A stretch of 64,000 bases of DNA, from positions 434,001-498,000 of the forward strand of contig JAPDFW010000011.1 in assembly GCA_028826165.1 (NCBI GenBank), in the 5' to 3' direction. The stretch comes from Anaeramoeba ignava BMAN. Taxonomy: Eukaryota > Protista > Anaeramoebae. The position numbers and the translations under genes were made by a program. This document shows positions 27,790 to 40,949 of the stretch, in pieces. Under the pieces are notes generated by a model. That model saw only the letters and a list, made by a program, of their open reading frames with translations, searched no databases and was not told where the DNA came from. Numbering within the stretch: the first letter of the stretch is position 1; every line of letters begins with the position of its first letter.

Positions 27790-28807
27790 ATGAAAGTTTT
27801 ATTATTTTTAATTATTTTTGCTTTTATTCAATGTTACACACTTTATGGATTAACTGGAGAACTTGAATTAGTATCAGTTGATCCAGTAACAGCAATACAA
27901 ACTGCTATTGGGAAGATAATTTCACATGAAGCATTTGGAGTATTTGATATAAATTTTAATTTTAATTTTAATTTAAATTTTAAATTTTAATTTTAATTTT
28001 TAATTTTAATTAAAAAAATTAAAGGAAAATTTAGCTACTTTAGATCCTGATAATAATTTAATGTATTTTGTTGGAACAAATTTAACAAGTTTAAAAATTT
28101 GTTTAGTTTCTGTTTCTCTTCAAGATGGACATGTTGTTGATGAAATTGTTTTACCTTATGTTAGTGAATCATTTATTGGAGTTGGAGAATTATGCAATAT
28201 TGATCGTTCAACAGGAGATGTATTAGTTATGGGAAGAGATCCAGCATACAATTACTATCACAATTTAATTCGAGTTACACCATCAACAAAAACATATAAA
28301 TCACTTGCAATTTTCAATTTGATTGATCTAATTGGTGGAGCATACACTTATGATTACAAAAACGGAATTCAATGGATTCAATTATGCATCAATAATTCAG
28401 GTCAAATTGATGCAAGATTAATTGGTTTTGATGGAAATACTGGCCAAATGGTTCATAATATTGAAGACAGTTATTTGATGAGTGTTCTTACTTTTGATCC
28501 TGTTACTGATTTAGTTTGGGGTTTGGGTCTTAATCCTCCTGATTATGAATCTAGAGTTTTACTTACTCTTGATTCTTCTAATGCTAATATTTCTAAAGTT
28601 GCTGATATTCAGGATTTTCTTATAATTGCTCCAATGGCTACTATAAATCCTGATGATAGAATTCTTTATTATTATATGGAAAATAGTACTTCACATGATA
28701 TTCATATGGTTGAGATAAGTATGAATGATTATTCTATTCTTAGAGATCCTGTTGCTTGTCATGATTTAGCTAATTGTGTTTGGGTTATGGAATATGACAA
28801 AGATTAA
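27790..28807 (+). CDS. Secreted hypothetical protein (signal peptide; beta-rich, propeller-like)
   Basis: Signal peptide MKVLLFLIIFAFIQC. Intron 27940-28024 joins in frame to ORF 28061-28807. Repeated xDPxTG/xD beta-turn motifs. Confidence 0.75.
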
Positions 28808-28811
28808 GGAA

Positions 28812-30535
28812 ATTGAAATTCAATATTCAATTCAAAATTCAATTCAATTCAATTCAATTTAATTCAATTCAATATTCAATTCAATATTCAATTCAATTCA
28901 ATTCAATATTCAATTTAATTCAATTTAATTTAATATTTAATTCAATATTTTATTTAATTCAATTCAATTCAATCCATATTCAATTCAATTTAATTCAATT
29001 CAATTCAATATTCAATTCAATTTAATATTCAATATTTAATTCAATATTCAATTCAATATTCAATTCAATTTAATTCAATATTCAATTCAATTTAATTCAA
29101 TTTAATTCAATTCAATATTCAATTCAATATTCAATTTAATATTCAATTCAATTCAATTCAATTTAATTCAATTTAATATTCAATTTAATATTCAATTTAA
29201 TATTCAATTTAATATTCAATTCAATTTAATTCAATATTCAATTCAATTCAATTCAATTCAATATTCAATTCAATTCAATTTAATATTCAATTTCAATTTA
29301 ATTAATTTAATTCAATATTCAATATTCAATTCAATATTCAATTCAATATTCAATTTAATATTCAATTCAATATTTAATTTAATTTAATATTCAATATTCA
29401 ATTCAATTCAATTTAATATTCAATTCAATATTCAATTTAATCCAATTTAATATTTAATATTCAATTCAATATTCAATTTAATCCAATTTAATATTTAATA
29501 TTCAATTCAATATTTAATATTCAATATTTAATTCAATATTCAATTCAATATTCAATTTAATATTCAACTCAATTCAATATTGAATATTTAATTTAATTCA
29601 ATATTAAATATTCAATTTCAATTCAATTCAATTCAATTTAATTCAATATTCAATTTAATATTCAATTCAATATTCAATTCAAATCAATTTCAATATTTAA
29701 TATTCAATTCAATATTCAATATTCAATATTCAATATTCAATTCAATTCAATTTAATATTCAATTCAATTTAATTCAATTTAATTCAATTTAATTCAATTT
29801 AATATTCAATTTAATTTTAATATTCAATTCAATTTTAATATTTAAATTTAATATTCAATTCAATATTTAATTCAATTTAATTCAATTTAATATTCAATTC
29901 AATATTCAATTCAATATTCAATATTCAATTTAATATTCAATTCAATATTCAATATTCAATTTAATTTCAATTTAATTCAATTAAAAATTCAATATTCAAT
30001 TTAATTTAATTTAATATTCAATTTAATTCAATATTCAATATTCAATTTAATATTCAATTCAATATTTAATTTAATTCAATTTAATATTCAATTCAATTTA
30101 ATTCAATTTAATTCAATTCAATTCAATTTAATTCAATTTAATATTCAATTCAATTTAATATTTAATTCAAAATTCAATTCAATATTTAATTTAATTTAAT
30201 TCAATATTTAATTTAATTTAATTCAATATTTAATTTAATTTAATTCAATATTTAATTCAATTCAATATTCAATTTAATATTCAATTAAATCCAATTCAAT
30301 TCAATATTCAATTCAATTCAATATTCAATTTAATATTCAATTTAATATTCAATTCAATATTCAATTCAATATTTAATTCAATTTAATTTAATTTAATATT
30401 CAATATTCAATTTAATATTTAATTCAATTTAATATTCAATTCAATATTCAATATTCAATTTAATATTCAATTTAATTCAATATTCAATTTAATTCAATTC
30501 AATATTTAATTTAATATTCAATATTTAATTCAATT
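28812..30535. repeat. 1.7-kb intergenic simple repeat of ATTCA/ATATTCA/ATTTA units
   Basis: Directly visible. Confidence 0.9.
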
Positions 30536-30630
30536 AAAAATTCAAAATAAAAATTAAAAAAAATTTTTTTCATTTTTTTCATTTTTTCATTTTTTCATTT
30601 TTTCATTTTCTTTTCTTTTCAATAATAAAA

Positions 30631-33600
30631 ATGGTTAAAAAGAAAATTGATCAAAGAATAAGAACACTTATTGAAAATGGAATTAAAACTGATTATAGAG
30701 GGATTATTATAATAGTTGGAGATAGAGGAAGAAATCAAGTTGTAAATCTTCATTACATTTTATCAAAATCAACAATGAAAGAAAGACCAAATGTACTTTG
30801 GTGTTATAAAAAGGATCTTGGATTCACAACTCATCCAACAAAACGAGCAAAAATAGCGAAAAAGAAAAAGAAAAAAGAATTCAGAAAACAAATAAAAAAA
30901 CAAACATTAGTTGAACCTGTTAAAGAAGATCCTTTTGAATTATTTTTAAGTGCAACTAAAATACGTTATTGTTATTATCATGAAACTCATAAAATTCTTG
31001 GAAACACTTACGGAATGTGTGTTTTGCAAGATTTCGAAGCTTTAACCCCAAATATATTGGCTAGAACTATTGAAACTGTTGAAGGAGGTGGATTGATAGT
31101 GTTTTTATTGAATACTTTGAATTCTCTTCAACAACTTTATAATTTGACAATGGATGTTCATAATAAATTTAGAACTGAAAGTCATCAAAATGTTGTTCCA
31201 AGATTTAATGAAAGATTCATTTTATCACTTTCATCTTGTCAAGCTGCATTAGTAGTTGATGATGAATTGAATGTTCTTCCAATTTCAAATTATTCAAGAG
31301 AAATCAAACCAGTTTATATTAATTCAAAAAATCAAAATGAAAATCAAAATGAAAATGAAAATCAAAATGAAAATCAAAATGAAAATGATAAAATTGATGT
31401 TTATCAAGAAAGATTTAATCAATTCCAAAAAAATCAAAGAGAATCAGATAATCATCTTCAAGAAATTAAACAATCTTTAAATTCAACTCCAATTATTGGA
31501 AAACTCATTCAAATTACTAAAACTTTTGATCAAGCAAAATCATTACTTTCTTTTGTTGAAGCAATTTCAGAAAAAACATTAAATACAACAATATCAATGA
31601 CAGCTTCAAGAGGAAGAGGAAAATCTGCTTCATTAGGATTAGCTATAACTGCTGCAATAGCATATGGATATAGCAATATTTTTGTTACATCACCAAGTCC
31701 TGAAAATCTTAAAACATTATTTGAATTCATTTTCAAAGGTTTTGATCAAATCAATTATCAAGAACATATTGATTATGAAATTATTCAAGCTTCTAAATCA
31801 TCAATGAATAAGGCCATTATAAGAGTTAATATTTTTCGAGAACATAGACAAACAATTCAATATATTCAACCTCAAGATTATACAAAACTTGGACAAGCGG
31901 AATTGCTTATTATTGATGAAGCAGCAGCAATTCCTTTACCTATTGTGAAGAATTTATTGGGAAATTATTTAGTTTTTATGTCTTCCACAATTAGTGGATA
32001 TGAAGGAACTGGAAGATCTTTAAGTTTGAAATTAATTTCTCAACTCAGAGAAACAAGTGTAATTCTTAAGGATGATGATAATGATGATAATGATAACAAG
32101 GAAATTAATAAAAATAATGAAAATAATGAAAATGAAAATGAAAATGATAATCAGAATGGAAATAATTTAATTAGAGGAAAAAGAAAAGAATTTAAGAAAA
32201 AACCTAAAAAGGGAAGTATTGAAAGATTCCAAAAAATTGGACCTACAAAATCAATAACACCTTCTCGTTTTCTTCGAGAAATAACACTTGAAGAACCAAT
32301 TCGTTATCGTTTTGGTGATCCTATTGAGGAATGGATGAATAACTTATTATGTTTGAATGTCATGATTGAACCATTAGAAAATAAGATGTGTCCAATTCCT
32401 TCCAAATGCGAACTTTATTATGTAAATCGGGATGCATTATTTTCATATCAAGCAAGTTCAGAATCATTTCTCAGGAAATTAATGGCACTTTTTGTTAGTA
32501 GTCATTATAAAAATTCACCAAATGATCTCCAATTATTAAGTGATGCACCAGCTCATTGCTTATTTGTTTTATTAAGTCCAATTAATGAACAAACTTCAAA
32601 AATGCCTGATATTTTGTGTGCAATACAATTAAGTTTAGAAGGAGAAATTTCTAAGAAATCAGTTGATAAAGCATTTAGTGAAGGAAAAAGAAATGCAGGT
32701 GATTTAATTCCATGGACACTTTCTCAACATTTTCAAGTATATTTGAAATTAATTCAATAAAAATTTTTATATTTAAAATTAAAATTGAAAATTAAAATTA
32801 ATTTGAATAGGATAATAACTTCCCTAAATTATCAGGTGCTCGTGTTGTTAGAATAGCAACTCGCCCAGATATTTTTAGAATGGGATATGGTACAAGAGCT
32901 TTAGAATTATTAGAAGCATACTATTCAAATCAAATAACAAATTTAGAAGAAGAAATTAATATTGAAAAAAATCGAAATGAAAAAATATCACTTTTTACAA
33001 AATTAGAAAAAAGAAAACCAGAAAATTTACATTATCTTGGAGTTTCATTTGGATTAACACTTCAATTACTAAAATTTTGGAAAAAATCCAAATACAAACC
33101 AGTTTATATTCGATTAACCCCAAATGAAATTACTGGAGAACATACATGCATTATGCTCAGAAAATTACCAAATTTACAAATTGAAAAAAATGAATGGGTT
33201 GAAAATTTTGTTGCTGATTTCAAAAGAAGATTCATTTCACTTCTTTCTTATAATTTCAGGATATTTTCACCAGCATTATCATTGAGTATTCTTGATTCAA
33301 AAGGAATCAAACAAGAATCAATAAATGCAAATGAATTATTGATTTTTTTCAGTCATTATGATCTTAAAAGAATTCAATCATATTCACAAAATTTAATTGA
33401 TTATCAAATCTTTTTAGATCTTGTTCCAACAATGGCCAAATTATTCTTTATGGAAAAAATTGATATTCAACTTTCTCCTGTTCAAAAGGGAATTTTTTTA
33501 ATGCTTGGACTTCAGCATCATTTACTATCTGAAATTGAAAAAGAACTCAAAATTTCTCAATCTCAAATTTTGGCATTATTTAATAAAGCAATGAGAAGAT

Positions 33601-34007
33601 TCAATGATTTTTTCCAAAAATTACTTGAACAAGGAATTCAAGATCAAAATCCTTCATTGAAAGAATCAGATTCACATGAAATCATATTGAAATCAATGAA
33701 ACCTCTTCAAGAATCAATTGATGAAGAACTTGAACAAGAAGAAGTTAAAGTGAATAAATTTCTTGAACAAACTCAAAAGGAAATGATTGGAATTGGTGAA
33801 TTAAATTCTTATAAAATTGATGGTTCTAATGAAGATTGGGAAAATGCTTTAAAAAATTCTGATGATTTTAAATCAAATCAAACAATTAGTATAAAATCTT
33901 CTAAACAATTTTTAAATTCAAAAAAACCATTTAAAAAAAATCAATCAACAAAATTTTTTAATAAGAAATCAAATTTCAAAAAGAATTTTAATAGAAAAAA
34001 GAAATGA
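30631..34007 (+). CDS. NAT10: RNA cytidine acetyltransferase NAT10/Kre33
   Basis: MVKKKIDQRIRTLIENG start, VLWCYKK, LQDFEALTPNILARTIETVEGGG, Walker A RGRGKSA, DEAAAIP, GYEGTGRSLSLKL and HYKNSPNDLQ. Intron 32737-32810, then the GNAT motif RIAT.P...MGYG. Confidence 0.97.
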
Positions 34008-34141
34008 AATCAAAACAAAAAGAAAAGAAGAGAAGAACGAATAAATAAATAAATAAAATTTTTTTTTTAGAATTAAAAATTTTCATTTTTTCATTTTTCA
34101 TTTTTAAAAAATACAATAAAAAATACAATAAAAAATACATA

Positions 34142-36302
34142 ATGGTTTGATTTATTTTTTAAAATTAATAAAATAAAATAAAATTAATAAAATAAAATAA
34201 TAAATTTAATAAATAAAAGGCAGAAGTTCTTGGAAGAAATAAATTAAGTCGTCATTTAAAAAGTAAAATAAGAGTTACTGTTGGAAAAAGAACTCTTGTT
34301 GGTCAATTTCTTGCATTTGATAGACATATGAATATTGTTCTTGGAGATTGTGAAGAATTTAGAAGAATAAAACCTAAAAAAGGTCAAAAAGAAATAAAAG
34401 AAGAGAAAAGAACACTTGGTTTATTAATTTTGCGTGGAGAAACTATTGTTTCTATTTCTATTGAAAGTCCTCCACCGCAAGAGGTTTGTGAATATTTTTT
34501 TTAAGAAAGATATTTTTATAATTTTAATTTATTATTTTTAATTTATTAATTTATTTAGACACAAACAACAAAATTACAATCTCAAAAAAAACCTGAAGGA
34601 ATTGCAAAAGCTGTTGGAAGAGGTAATTAATCCTTTTTTTTTTACAATTTTCATTAATTAAATTCAAATCAATTCAATTAAAATTGATTCAATCCAAGTT
34701 TAATTCAATTCAAGTTTTAAATTCAAATTTTAAATTAAATTCAAGTTTTAAATTCAAGTTTTAAATTCAATTCAAGTTTTAAATTCAAGTTTTAAATTAA
34801 ATTCAACTTTTAAATTTAATTCAAGTTTTAAATTAAATTCAATTTTTAAATTAAATTCAAGTTTTAAATTCAAGTTTTAAATTTAATTCAAGTTTTAAAT
34901 TCAATTTTTAAATTTAATTCAAGTTTTAAATTCAATTTTTAAATTAAATTCAAGTTTTAAATTAAATTCAAGTTTTAAATTTAATTCAAGTTTTATTTTA
35001 ATTCAACTTTTAAATTTAATTCAAGTTTTAAATTTAATTCAATTTTAAATTAAATTCAAGTTTTAAATTAAATTCAAGTTTTAAATTAAATTCAGTTTTA
35101 AATTTAAGTTTAAAATTTAAATTCAAGTTTTAAATTAAATTAAATTCTAAATTAAATTCTAAATTAAATTCAAGTTTTAAATTAAATTCAGTTTTAAATT
35201 TAATTCAGTTTTAAATTTAATTCAAGTTTTAAATTAAATTCAGTTTTAAATTTAATTCAAGTTTTAAATTAAATTCAAGTTTTAAATTAAATTCAATTTT
35301 TAAATTAAATTCAATTTTTAAATTAAATTCAATTCAAGTTTTAAATTAAATTTTAAATTTAATTCAATTTTAAATTAAATTCAACTTTTAAATTTAAGTT
35401 TAAATTAAATTAAATTTAATTAAATTAAATTCAAGTTTTAAATTAAATTAAATTCAAGTTTTAAATTTAATTCAAGTTTTAAATTTAATTCAAGTTTTAA
35501 ATTTAATTCAAGTTTTAAATTCAAGTTTTAAATTCAAGTTTTAAATTAAATTAAAATTCAAGTTTAAATTAAATTCAATTTTAAATTTAATTCAATTTTT
35601 AAATTAAATTCAATTTTAAATTAAATTAAAATTTTTAATAATATTTTATAATTTAAATTTATAAAGGAATGCCAACACCTCTTGTAACACAACCATCAAT
35701 GTTACAAGGTCCAATAAGAGGAATAGGAGGACCTACACTTGGAGTTATGACACCACAACATCAAACAATACAACATACAATTCCACCTACAATTCAACAA
35801 CCATTTCCAAGAGGAAGAAGTAAAAAACAATTTTTATTTAAATTTTAATTAATTTATTAATTTAATACTTAATTTATATTCTTCTTTTTTTTTATAAAAA
35901 AAAACACAAAAAAAAAGTGCCTCAAATGGGTTTTCAACAACCAATTATGGTAAATTTTATTTAAATTGAAATATTTAAATTGAAATATTTGATTTGGATT
36001 GAAATATTTGATTTGAATTTGATTAAAATTGAAATATTTGATTTGAAATTAAAATTAAAATATTTTAATTTTAAATTGAAATTAAAATAATTTTTGAATT
36101 GAAATATTTGATTTGGATTGAAATATTTGATTTAAAATTAAAATATTTTTTGATTTGAATTTTTAATATTTAGCCAATGAGAGGTGCTTTTCCTCCAAGA
36201 CCACAAATACCTCAAATGGGAATACCTAATCAAATGGGAATACCTAATCCAATGGGAATGCAACAATCTCGTCAATCACCTCAAATACCAAGAACTCAAT
36301 AG
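34142..36302 (+). CDS. SNRPB: Small nuclear ribonucleoprotein SmB/B'
   Basis: Not in the ORF track. Exons 34142-34144 (ATG), 34220-34483, 34559-34622, 35667-35819, 35918-35949 and 36174-36302. Sm1 GQFLAFDRHMNIVLGDCEEFR, Sm2 EEKRTLGLLILRGETIVSISIE.PPP, AVGRG, and a Pro/Gly/Met-rich tail. Confidence 0.93.
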
Positions 36303-36452
36303 AATAATAATATTATTATTATTATTATCCATTTTTTTTATATTTTTTTTTAAAGAAAACAAAACAAAAATCATTTTTTTTCAATTTAAATAAAAAATAA
36401 TTAATAAATTTTTTTCATTTTTTTCATTTTTTTCTTTTTTAAAAAAATAAAA

Positions 36453-38463
36453 ATGGTTTCAAAATTAGTTGTTGTAATTTCAGGATCAATTTTAGGAATG
36501 TTACTTGGATTTAATAACATTTTCATAACAATTAGAAAATCACCAAATTTAATAGAAGGAATAGCAAATTTATTTTACAACAAAATGACAATATTATCAT
36601 TACTTCATACAATAATATCATTTGAAGTTTTTATTGGAGCTTTAGTTGTTGTGATTTTTTTTCGAACTCTAACACAATCAGAAGGATATCGGCTAATAGC
36701 AAGAGCAGTAATATATGCACTCTACAAACATTTTTTTGTTTTGACAATAATTAAACCTGGAAATGAAGATTTTTTCATTTGGTCAGTTTGGTTTTTGATT
36801 TATGGGTTTTTAAAGTTATTTGTTGCTTTGGTTAATGATAGATTTGAGGAAATTAATTCAATTAATGACACAACAAAAAAAAAACTCATTTATCTGCTTA
36901 TTCTTTTATCAAGCTTTTTTATCATCAATTTGGCTCTTTTTATTTTTGCTTATGAAATTTTTAAAGAAACTGATTTATTTGTTTTGTCCCTATTTCTTTA
37001 TGAATCATTAATGCTATTTGTGGTTCTTTTACATCCAATGTTGAAAGATTTTTTTTATTTGTGGGATATTTTTACTCACAAAACAAATTTCCAAAAATCA
37101 AAGAAGAAATCAATGTTTGTTGATTTGATTAGTGATTGGATTTTGATTTCTTTGATTTTCTTTAAAATTGTGTTTATTTCTCGAGGAAGTAGTTTATTAT
37201 CATTTAACGAATTGTTCAATATATTTAATTTCTCAATTACTTATGCTGAAGCTGTTAATAAATATCGTAAATATAAACTTTATACTCAAGCAATGGAATC
37301 AATTCAAACAAAATTTTACACTCCAACAAAAGAGGAACTTCAAAAAATGAAAGAAATTTGCACAATTTGTCGAGAAGATCTTATTGATAATACAATAAGA
37401 CTTGATTGTGGTCATTATTTTCATGTTGATTGTATACAAGAATGGATTCAACAGAAACAAATTTGTCCGACATGTAGAAAACCATTAAATCAAAATCAAA
37501 ATCAAAATCAAAATCAAAATCAAAATCAAAATCAAAATCAAAATCAAAATCAAAATCAAAATCAAAATCAAAATCAAAATCAAAATCAAAATCAAAATCA
37601 AAATCAAAATCAAAATCAAAATCAAAATCAAAATCAAAATCAAAATCAAAATCAAAATCAAAATCAAAACAATAGCAATAGCAATAACAATAACAATAGC
37701 AATAACAACAACAATAACAATAATCAAGATTATAATTTAAATTTGAATCAAAATGAAAATGAAAATGAAAATGAAAATCAAATTCAAAATGAAAATGAAA
37801 ATGAAAATGAAAATGAAAATGAAAATGAAAATGAAAATCAAAATTAAAATCAAAATCAAAATCAAAATCAAAATCAAAATCAAAATCAAAATCAAAATCA
37901 AAATCAAAATCAAAATCAAAATCAAAAAACCAAAATCAAAATCAAAATCAAAAAAATCAAAATCAAAATCAAAATCAAAATCAAAATCAAAATCAAAATC
38001 AAAATCAAAATCAAAATCAAAATCAAAATCAAAATCAAAATCAAAATCAAAATCAAAATCAAAATCAAAAATCCAAAATCAAGATAATCCAAATCAAGAA
38101 AATCAAAATGAAAATCCTATAATTAGATTTGTTCTTTCTCCTTTATTTTTGATTAGAAGAATAATTATTTATATTATAAATATCATCTTTCCAATTTCAA
38201 ACTCACAAAACCCAAATACAATTATTCAACCAACAAACAATGAAAGAAATCAAAATCAAAATAATCAAAATCAAAATCAAAATCACCAAAATTTTAATTC
38301 AATGATTCAACAAATTCAAGAAGTTTTTCCTCAAATTTCAGAAAATATTATTCGAGAAGATTTATTAAGAACATTAAATCCAAATCTTACAATACAAAGA
38401 ATATTAGATGGTTCTTTATTAATCCAAGAAAATAATCAACAAGAAGATATTTTATTGAATTAA
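36453..38463 (+). CDS. ERAD E3 ubiquitin ligase, gp78/AMFR-like (TM domain + RING-H2 + CUE); frame interrupted inside an (NQ)n repeat
   Basis: Multi-TM N-terminus, RING-H2 CTICREDL...CGHYFHVDCIQEWIQQKQICPTCR, and a C-terminal CUE-like SMIQQIQEVFPQISENIIREDLLRT...TIQRILDG in the downstream ORF. Confidence 0.85.
37488..38075 (+). repeat. Coding hexamer repeat (AATCAA)n/(AATGAA)n encoding poly-NQ/NE
   Basis: Directly visible between the RING and CUE domains, with no flanking GT/AG. Confidence 0.9.
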
Positions 38464-38690
38464 AAGAAAATTAAGAAAATTATTTTCTGTTTTTCATTTC
38501 ATTTCTTTTCATTTTTTTTTAATAGGAAACAACAATTATAATAACGGAAAATAATCTTAATGAATATTTCCAAAAAATTTAATAAAATTCCTTTTTTTTT
38601 TGATAATAAAAAATTTGAAAAAAATCATTTTTCATTTTTTTCTTTTTTCTTTTTTCTTTTTTTTTCTTTTGCTTTCCAAAAATTTTATTA

Positions 38691-39220
38691 ATGGATCCTT
38701 CAATTAAAATTATTTTACTTGGAGATATGGGGTTATTAATTAAATTTTTAAATTATTATTCTTTAAAAAATGAAATTTATTTTTGAATTTTAAAAAATGA
38801 AATTTATTTATTCAATTTTTTAGAGTTGGTAAAACATCTTTAATACATAGTTATGTTCTCCAAACTTTTCAAGAAGAATATAAAACAACAATAGGTGCAG
38901 ATTTTCTAAATAAAAAAATTACAGTATTTTTTAAAATTTTAATTGAAAGAAAAAACCAAAAAAAAAAATATTTAAATTGAAAGAAATTTGTTTGTTTTTT
39001 TTTTAAAAAAATAAAATATAAAAAATAAATCAAATGCAAAAAACAAATCAAAAAAAAATAAATAAAAAAGATTGATGAAAATCAAATTGATTTACAAGTA
39101 AGATCAAAAAATTAAAAATTAAAAAAGAAAAAAAGCAAAAAAAAATTTTTTTCTTAATTTTTAAATTTTCGAAAAATTTTTTAATCCAAAAAAATAAAAC
39201 AAAACAAAACAAAACAAAAA

Positions 39221-39251
<31 letters not shown>

Positions 39252-40813
39252 CAAAGATTTGGGATACAGCAGGTTTGAATAATAATAAAAAACGAAAGAA
39301 AAAAAATCCATTTATTAAAATTTTATATTAAAATTTCTTCATCAAATTTTTCTTCAGGTCAAGAAAGATTTCAAAGTTTAAATCATTCTTATTATAGAGG
39401 ATCGGATTGTTGTGCTTTAGTTTTTGATGTTACTAATAGAGAATCATTTCAAAATGTATCAAGATGGAAAGAAGATTTTCTTCAACATTCAGAACCAGAA
39501 GATTCAGAATCATTTCCATTTGTTGTAATTGCTAATAAAATTGATTTAACAGAACAAAGAGTTGTAAATAAATTATTACAAAATTAATTCAAAATTAATT
39601 CAAAATTAAATCAAAATTAAATCAAAATTAATTCAAAATTAAATCAAAATTAATTCAAAATTAAATCAAAATTAAATCAAAATTAATTCAAAATTAAATC
39701 AAAATTAATTCAAAATTAAATCAAAATTAATTCAAAATTAATTCAAAATTAATTCAAAATTAATTCAAAATTAAATCAAAATTTATTCAAAATTAAATCA
39801 AAATTAATTCAAAATTAAATCAAAATCAAATCAAAATTAATTCAAAATTAAATCAAAATTAATTCAAAATTAATTCAAAATTAAATCAAAATTAATTCAA
39901 AATTAAACCAAAATTTATTCAAAATTTATTCAAAATTAATTCAAAATTATTACAAAATTAATTCAAAATTAATTCAAAATTAAATCAAAATTTATTCAAA
40001 ATTAATTCAAAATTAATTCAAAATTAAATCAAAATTAAATCAAAATTAAATCAAAATTAATTCAAAATTTTATCAAAATTAAATCAAAATTAATTCAAAA
40101 TTAATTCAAAATTTAATTAAAATTAATTCAAAATTAATTCAAAATTAATTCAAAATTTAATTCAAAATTAATTCAAAATTAATTCAAAATTAAATCAAAA
40201 TTAAATCAAAATTAAATCAAAATTAAATCAAAATTAATTCAAAATTAATTCAAAATTAATTCAAAATTAATTCAAAATTAATTCAAAATTAATTCAAATC
40301 AAAATTAATTCAAAATTAATTCAAAATTAATTCAAAATTAAATCAAAATTATTTCAAAATTAAATCAAAATTAATTCAAAATTTATTCAAAATTAATTCA
40401 AAATTAATTCAAAATTAAATTAAAATTAATTCAAAATTAATTCAAAATTAATTCAAAATTAATTCAAAATTAAATCAAAATTTATTCAAAATTAATTCAA
40501 AATTAATTCAAAATTAAATCAAAAAATTAAATTAATTTTTTTTTCCGATTTTTAAAATTTTTTTTTCCGATTTTTAAAATTTTTCATTTTAAAGATTACT
40601 GAAGAAGAAATTAAAAATTGGAGATTAAAAAATTCAAATATTCCAACTTTTGAAACAAGTGCTAAAAATTTTAGTAATTTAGATGATCTTTTCCTTGAAT
40701 TAACAAAAAAAGGATTAAAAAGACAATCAGAAATTTCTGAACAAGTTATTGAATTTATTGTTAATAATGAAGATGAAACAACAAAAGAAGAAAATCAAAA
40801 AAAATGTTGTTGA
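38691..40813 (+). CDS. Rab7-like small GTPase
   Basis: Not in the ORF track. Exons 38691-38731, 38824-38923, 39071-39097, 39257-39272, 39358-39563 and 40595-40813. Motifs GDMGVGKTSL, YKTTIGADFL, IWDTAGQERFQSL, YRGSDCCALVFDVT, FPFVVIANKIDL, FETSAK, ending KKCC*. Confidence 0.92.
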
Positions 40814-40949
40814 AGAAAACAAAAAAAAAAAAGAAGAAAACAATTAATTGTTCTTTTTCTTTATCTTTTTTTTATTATGAAAAAAAAAATTTCAAAATAT
40901 AATTTTTTTTTTTTCATTTTCATTTTTTTTCATTTTTTTTTCAAATAAA

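Noticed and set aside
28812-30535. Telomeric or centromeric repeat
   Set aside because: It is irregular, nearly G-free, internal between two ordinary genes, and similar in style to the intronic expansions.
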